This document shows, piece by piece, positions 59,838-64,000 of a stretch of DNA of 64,000 nt. Location of the stretch: the NCBI GenBank assembly GCA_977862235.1, contig OZ374562.1, positions 1,798,001 through 1,862,000 of the forward strand, given 5' to 3'. The notes below the pieces were generated by a model. It searched no databases. It had not been told where the DNA came from and saw nothing but the letters and a program-made list of their open reading frames with translations. Numbering within the stretch: the stretch's first letter is position 1; each line of letters opens with the position of its first letter. Made by a program: the position numbers and the translations under genes. The stretch is from Dudresnaya verticillata. Lineage: Eukaryota.

Positions 59838-60467
59838 GTTCCAAGAATACGGGACAGCTGTCCTGGCGTTGCAAGGGTGAGGACCGAAATGATAAGGAAG
59901 CGAAGAAGTTAGGAGCGGCTGCGGTGGTGCGGCAGACGGGAAGGAAGACGGTGGTTGAGGAGGAGAGGGTGCGGGGAGGTTCCTCGAAAGTCTGACGCAC
60001 ATCATGGCCTTTGTACTTGGGCGAATGCGCGCGCGCATCACGTGCGCTTGACAGCACGATTGCGCGCGCACGCGCGCACAAACCGCCAGAAACGCGCCTG
60101 TTGGAGGTTTCCGTGAGAGTAAAACTGGCGCCAACTGTGCTTAAAATAATCTCAGTAAGTAATGTCACGTGCACAAAATGGGGTGTTAATTCATTGAGCG
60201 TGCCAAAAGGCATCAACCGCTGTGATTTGTAGGGGCGAAAGTTTGTCCTGCTGAGTAGAAAGGCCAAGTTTGGAATCCTAAACCAAGAGCTCCGAGCTAG
60301 TTCTATCATCAGAATGGAAAACTATTTTAAATATACAAGATTTCGTTGCGAAAGTCGACGTCAAAAGTGCGAAACTTTCGCTAAACTGCGATAGTTTCGC
60401 ATCTTTCAGACGATGGCTGGGTAAGATGTTTCCGAATTTTTCGAACATTCGCACTTTCCCGGCCTTC

Positions 60468-61155
60468 TGTGGTACAATGAGCCGCCAGCGGCTGTAAGCA
60501 CGTACCCGTGTTTTGCGCCTGTAATGCGCGGGTAATATTGCGCGTGGCATGCGCCTGTAAGGCGCCGCCCGTACTGCCGCCCTGTAAGGCCCGGTGCATT
60601 GTTGGCCACTCCATATGGTATTGCTGGGAACAGCACGGCGCCAATGATATGGCTAGCCGTGATGGCTGATTTACCATGGCCTTACGCGCAGGAGCGCGCC
60701 CGAGTCATAAGCACCTTACGTGCGCAGGGCGGAGTACGACCGCTCACTACCTCATTGTAATTATTAACGCTAGCTACGATAGCTTAGAATAGGAATAGCG
60801 GCGAAGGCGCTTTCGGCCTTCGCCATATTTATTGCGCCCCGGACTAGCAGGGGTCTGCTGAATAGAACCCTACGGTGGGTTTCGGGTCTGTACCCTTTCT
60901 TTGGTCTACACGGGCTCACCGTACTCCCCCTTCCAGGTGCTTTACAAGCTTTAGCCTAGTACGGCTTTGTACTCTCCGAGTGTTAGGGTGGCGCTGCCCC
61001 TTTTTCCCTTTCTTTCAGGCACGCTAGCCTTTTTCCCCTTTTCCCCTCAAGTCTCTAACTCCCCGTTGAGCTACCCTGGTTAGAGTGTGTGCGCGCACGG
61101 GACAGCTGTCCTTGCCGTTTAGCGGGCTACTGGCTCGTCGCGCCATACTACTACA
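60468..61155. mobile_element. Intact solo LTR (family B, 688 bp)
   Basis: TG...CA termini; TSD CCTTC (60463-60467 / 61156-61160). Confidence 0.93.
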
Positions 61156-61504
61156 CCTTCCAGGATTCTGTGCTTCGAGAACAGAACAGCTTATGTTTCA
61201 AAAAGACACCAATACGGCGCAACTTATAACATATTAATATATGCAAAATCGAAACTTTCGCGAAACTTTCGCCGGCAAAGATGTTAAAAACGAAATGATT
61301 TTATGGGCACATAGTTATTGCAGTCCGAGATTCTACTTTCGCCAACGATGCGACGCTCAGAAGGCGGGTTACTGCACAAGCTTGAAATGGGCCTTCTTGT
61401 TCCTTGAGACCTGGTCTGGAACCGTCTGCAAGAATTCCGGGTGAACCTCTCGTGCTTTCAGAGCATCGCGCTTCAAGGGCTGTCATCGTCGTGGGACTGC
61501 AAAG

Positions 61505-63223
61505 ATGACAGCGTCAGCCTGTGCTCTGCCGTACGTACCCCCATCGCGGTTGTCGCAACTTGGGCTTGCAATTGCGCAGAGCACCCCGGGGTTGAACCCT
61601 CTAACAGAACGTCGCCGCTTCCGGTCTCTATTTGGGGTAACACCGGCAATATGTGCTCGCGTCTGGGATCTGATTCGCAGGCATCATGTTCTCCCAAACG
61701 CTGCGCGGCCGGTGCATCTATTGTGGGCACTAATGTTCTTGAAAGTTTATGGGAGCGAAGAGAGGAATCGCACGATTGGCCGCGTGGACGAAAAGACGTT
61801 TCGCAAATGGGTGTGGTGCTTTGTATCTGTTTTGCCAGGCCTTAGAGTGGTACGTGATGCCCTAAACGTTCTCTTCTCCAAACGGTACACCCTCTAACGT
61901 TTTTAAATCGCTGAGAAATTCTGTGTCGACTGGAAGATCAAACGGGAAGATAGACAGACGGCGGAGGAATACTTTAACTATGTGCAAGATCTCTGTGGTA
62001 TAGATGCTATCCGCGAAACGACTCCGTGGTCTACGTGAAAATAATCGAGAAATACGAATTTCGAAATGACTCCGTGAATGCGCACGCCACGATGGCAAAC
62101 GGATTACACTGCGCATACTGTGCGCGCCACGATGGCATTCGCATTACAGTGCGCACCCGATAGGAAATCGCTGACACCTTCGTGACTTTCCCGTTGTTTC
62201 CCGCGCGTAACGGCACCGGGGCCCACGAGACACGCGCACCTCCGTATGCATCCCTGGCGCACTTCGCAACCACCACCATACGTGAGGCGACCGTTCGTTG
62301 GCACCGAGGCCGTTACGAATCATTCGATTACGAACCGTCTCCCGCGTTGACGCGCATTCGTGCTCACGTAGTACTACTTAGCCAGTCGTCTGGCACAACC
62401 TCCGAGGGTTTCCGGTAAGCGACTAGCGCCCAGACCTCGGAGTCTTCGGTAAACGCCTGTTTCTTCGAGTTCGGTGTCTTCGTCTTCGTGACTGCGGATA
62501 CGGTCGAGCCTCGCTTTAGATAGCCCGCGCACCCGGAGTCATCCCCGGTGATCGATCGCTCGAGTTCTCCCTTCCGTACACGAATACGTTGACACCGTGG
62601 TCATTTCGTGTTGGTCGCTCCGCTCTACCACGCTACCACCCCTTTTCGTTTCTCCGTTAGGTTAGAGGCCATTCGTTAGGCTCCGAGGCCATTCCTTACA
62701 GTGCGAGACTTCCCCGCGTCACCGTGGACTTCTGTATACCACAATCTCAGTGGATGGCACTGACTTCCGTATCTATGAACCAGCGCCGTTTATCCCAAAA
62801 TGGTACTCTCATAAGTTCAAGGGCCCGGGGCTACGCTACGAGGTAGGTATTTGCATTCATACTGGACATATATTATGGGTGTTTGGGCCGTTCCCCTGCG
62901 GTTCGTTCCCGGACTTGACCATCTTTAGGTTGCGCATGAAGCAAGCTCTCCAGGCCGGGGAGAAGGCAGTGGCTGATGGTGGTTACAAGGAAAGTTCCTG
63001 TGTATTGCCGGACAAAGTAGACGGCGAAAAGGGGAGGGACTTGGCTACAGTTCGTGCTCGGCACGAGACCGTTAATCGACGCCTCAAGAAATTCTTTGTC
63101 CTAGGACATCGCTTCAGGCACGATCTTTCTCTACATTCTGTTTGCTTTCATGCAGTTGCTAACATTACGCAACTGATGATAGGGTTCGAAGACCCACTTT
63201 TTGAGGTCGAGTATATTGAATAG
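61505..63223 (+). pseudogene. PIF/Harbinger-like (DDE_Tnp_4) transposase with an intron, disrupted by a solo LTR
   Basis: RRFRSLFG, HLLWALMFLKVY, VDEKTFRKWVW; GTACGT donor at 61850 and CTAAC branch; after LTR removal CKISVDGTDFRI, WYSHKFKGPGLRYEVG, ADGGY, RARHETVNRRLK. Confidence 0.87.
61994..62743 (+). mobile_element. Solo LTR (family C, Gypsy-2 family), 750 bp
   Basis: TG...CA termini; TSD ATCTC (61989-61993 / 62744-62748); inverted relative to 57569-58407. Confidence 0.93.
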
Positions 63224-64000
63224 ACAGTTCTTCCGGAGAAGAGCGCACGATGTGCGTTTCAAAGTATGTCCTCAACATCCGGTCTGAACTGATGCCACGG
63301 CATGCCAATCGTACTGTATCGTAAAAAAATAATATTCAAGATATATCCTCACATTAATTTAAATGGAACACGTGGGACTTTTGCTTTTTTCCCGCATCTC
63401 CCTGCAATAGGAAGGCTCCTCTGTGGTAGCACTGCTAATGGGGGTGGGTCGCCGTCGTGCGGTGCCGTCACATGCCACCCACGAAAGCATAACGCATAAC
63501 GCGTAACGTCTCACTAGCTGTAATGTCGCAGAGGCGTTTGGACACAAGGCCGCCGTCCGGCAATAGTTTGGGGAGATGGACACGCCAGCAGGGTGTGTGG
63601 GGCTCTGAGGGCCTGTCGGAACAGCGAGCTTTTTGCTCCCCCTTGCGACTTGGCACAATGCCACTGGTGCGCCGGCACTTTGCCGGTGATGCGCCAATGT
63701 TAAAATAATCAACGCTCGAACCGCGCTCGAGGCTCAAAGCTTACAGTCCTGCGCGGGGGCAGCAGTCCGTCGGAACCCTTGTCGCGCTCAGAGGCAATGC
63801 CCTCCACGCTCCGTGACAATGCGCAGACACTTGTCGGGTTTCCGTGCGAACACCGGATCCAGATCGAGTGTTCAAAAAATACAAAAAGTGCGCTCCCCTT
63901 CTCGGAAGCTCTTGAAGCCCCGCTCCGGCAAACACGAAGCAACCCACGCCCCCAACCCGCGACGACATTCTGCAAGACCCCACATTCCTACCTGCCTTCT

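Noticed and set aside
59424..60134. 236-aa ORF as a complete gene
   Set aside because: Chimeric: its C-terminal part reads into the LTR-B copy; only 59631-59837 looks coding.

Overview
Eukaryotic nuclear DNA. A florideophyte red alga is my inference, based on compact intron-poor genes, GTACGT...CTAAC...AG introns and a GalEa-like Copia. Bases 1-12.3 kb hold five host genes: a PLP-dependent ACC deaminase/D-cysteine desulfhydrase-like enzyme, an OafA-like AT3-SGNH O-acyltransferase, an unknown signal-anchored protein, a GT61 glycosyltransferase and an FkbM methyltransferase. The last four look like a glycan-decoration cluster. Bases 13.3-63.3 kb are a transposon nest whose boundaries can be read from target-site duplications (TSDs). 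(i) A very young Copia (13351-20081) carries an extra, apparently spliced gene for two dsRNA-binding-type zinc fingers upstream of gag. (ii) A 12.7-kb chromodomain Gypsy (20797-33459) sits inside a solo LTR and carries a ~780-codon antisense gene ending in SUMO motifs. (iii) An old Copia is interrupted by a decayed Gypsy (34526-58407), which is in turn interrupted by a 14.6-kb DNA transposon (36623-51249) with ~548-bp TIRs, a 4-bp TSD, a Sola-like DDD transposase pseudogene and a ParB/Srx-like cargo gene. (iv) A two-gene PIF/Harbinger-like element is hit by solo LTRs. The most interesting signal is that three unrelated elements each carry an accessory gene plausibly aimed at host silencing or chromatin. 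All family calls come from motif recognition by eye; no searches were run.
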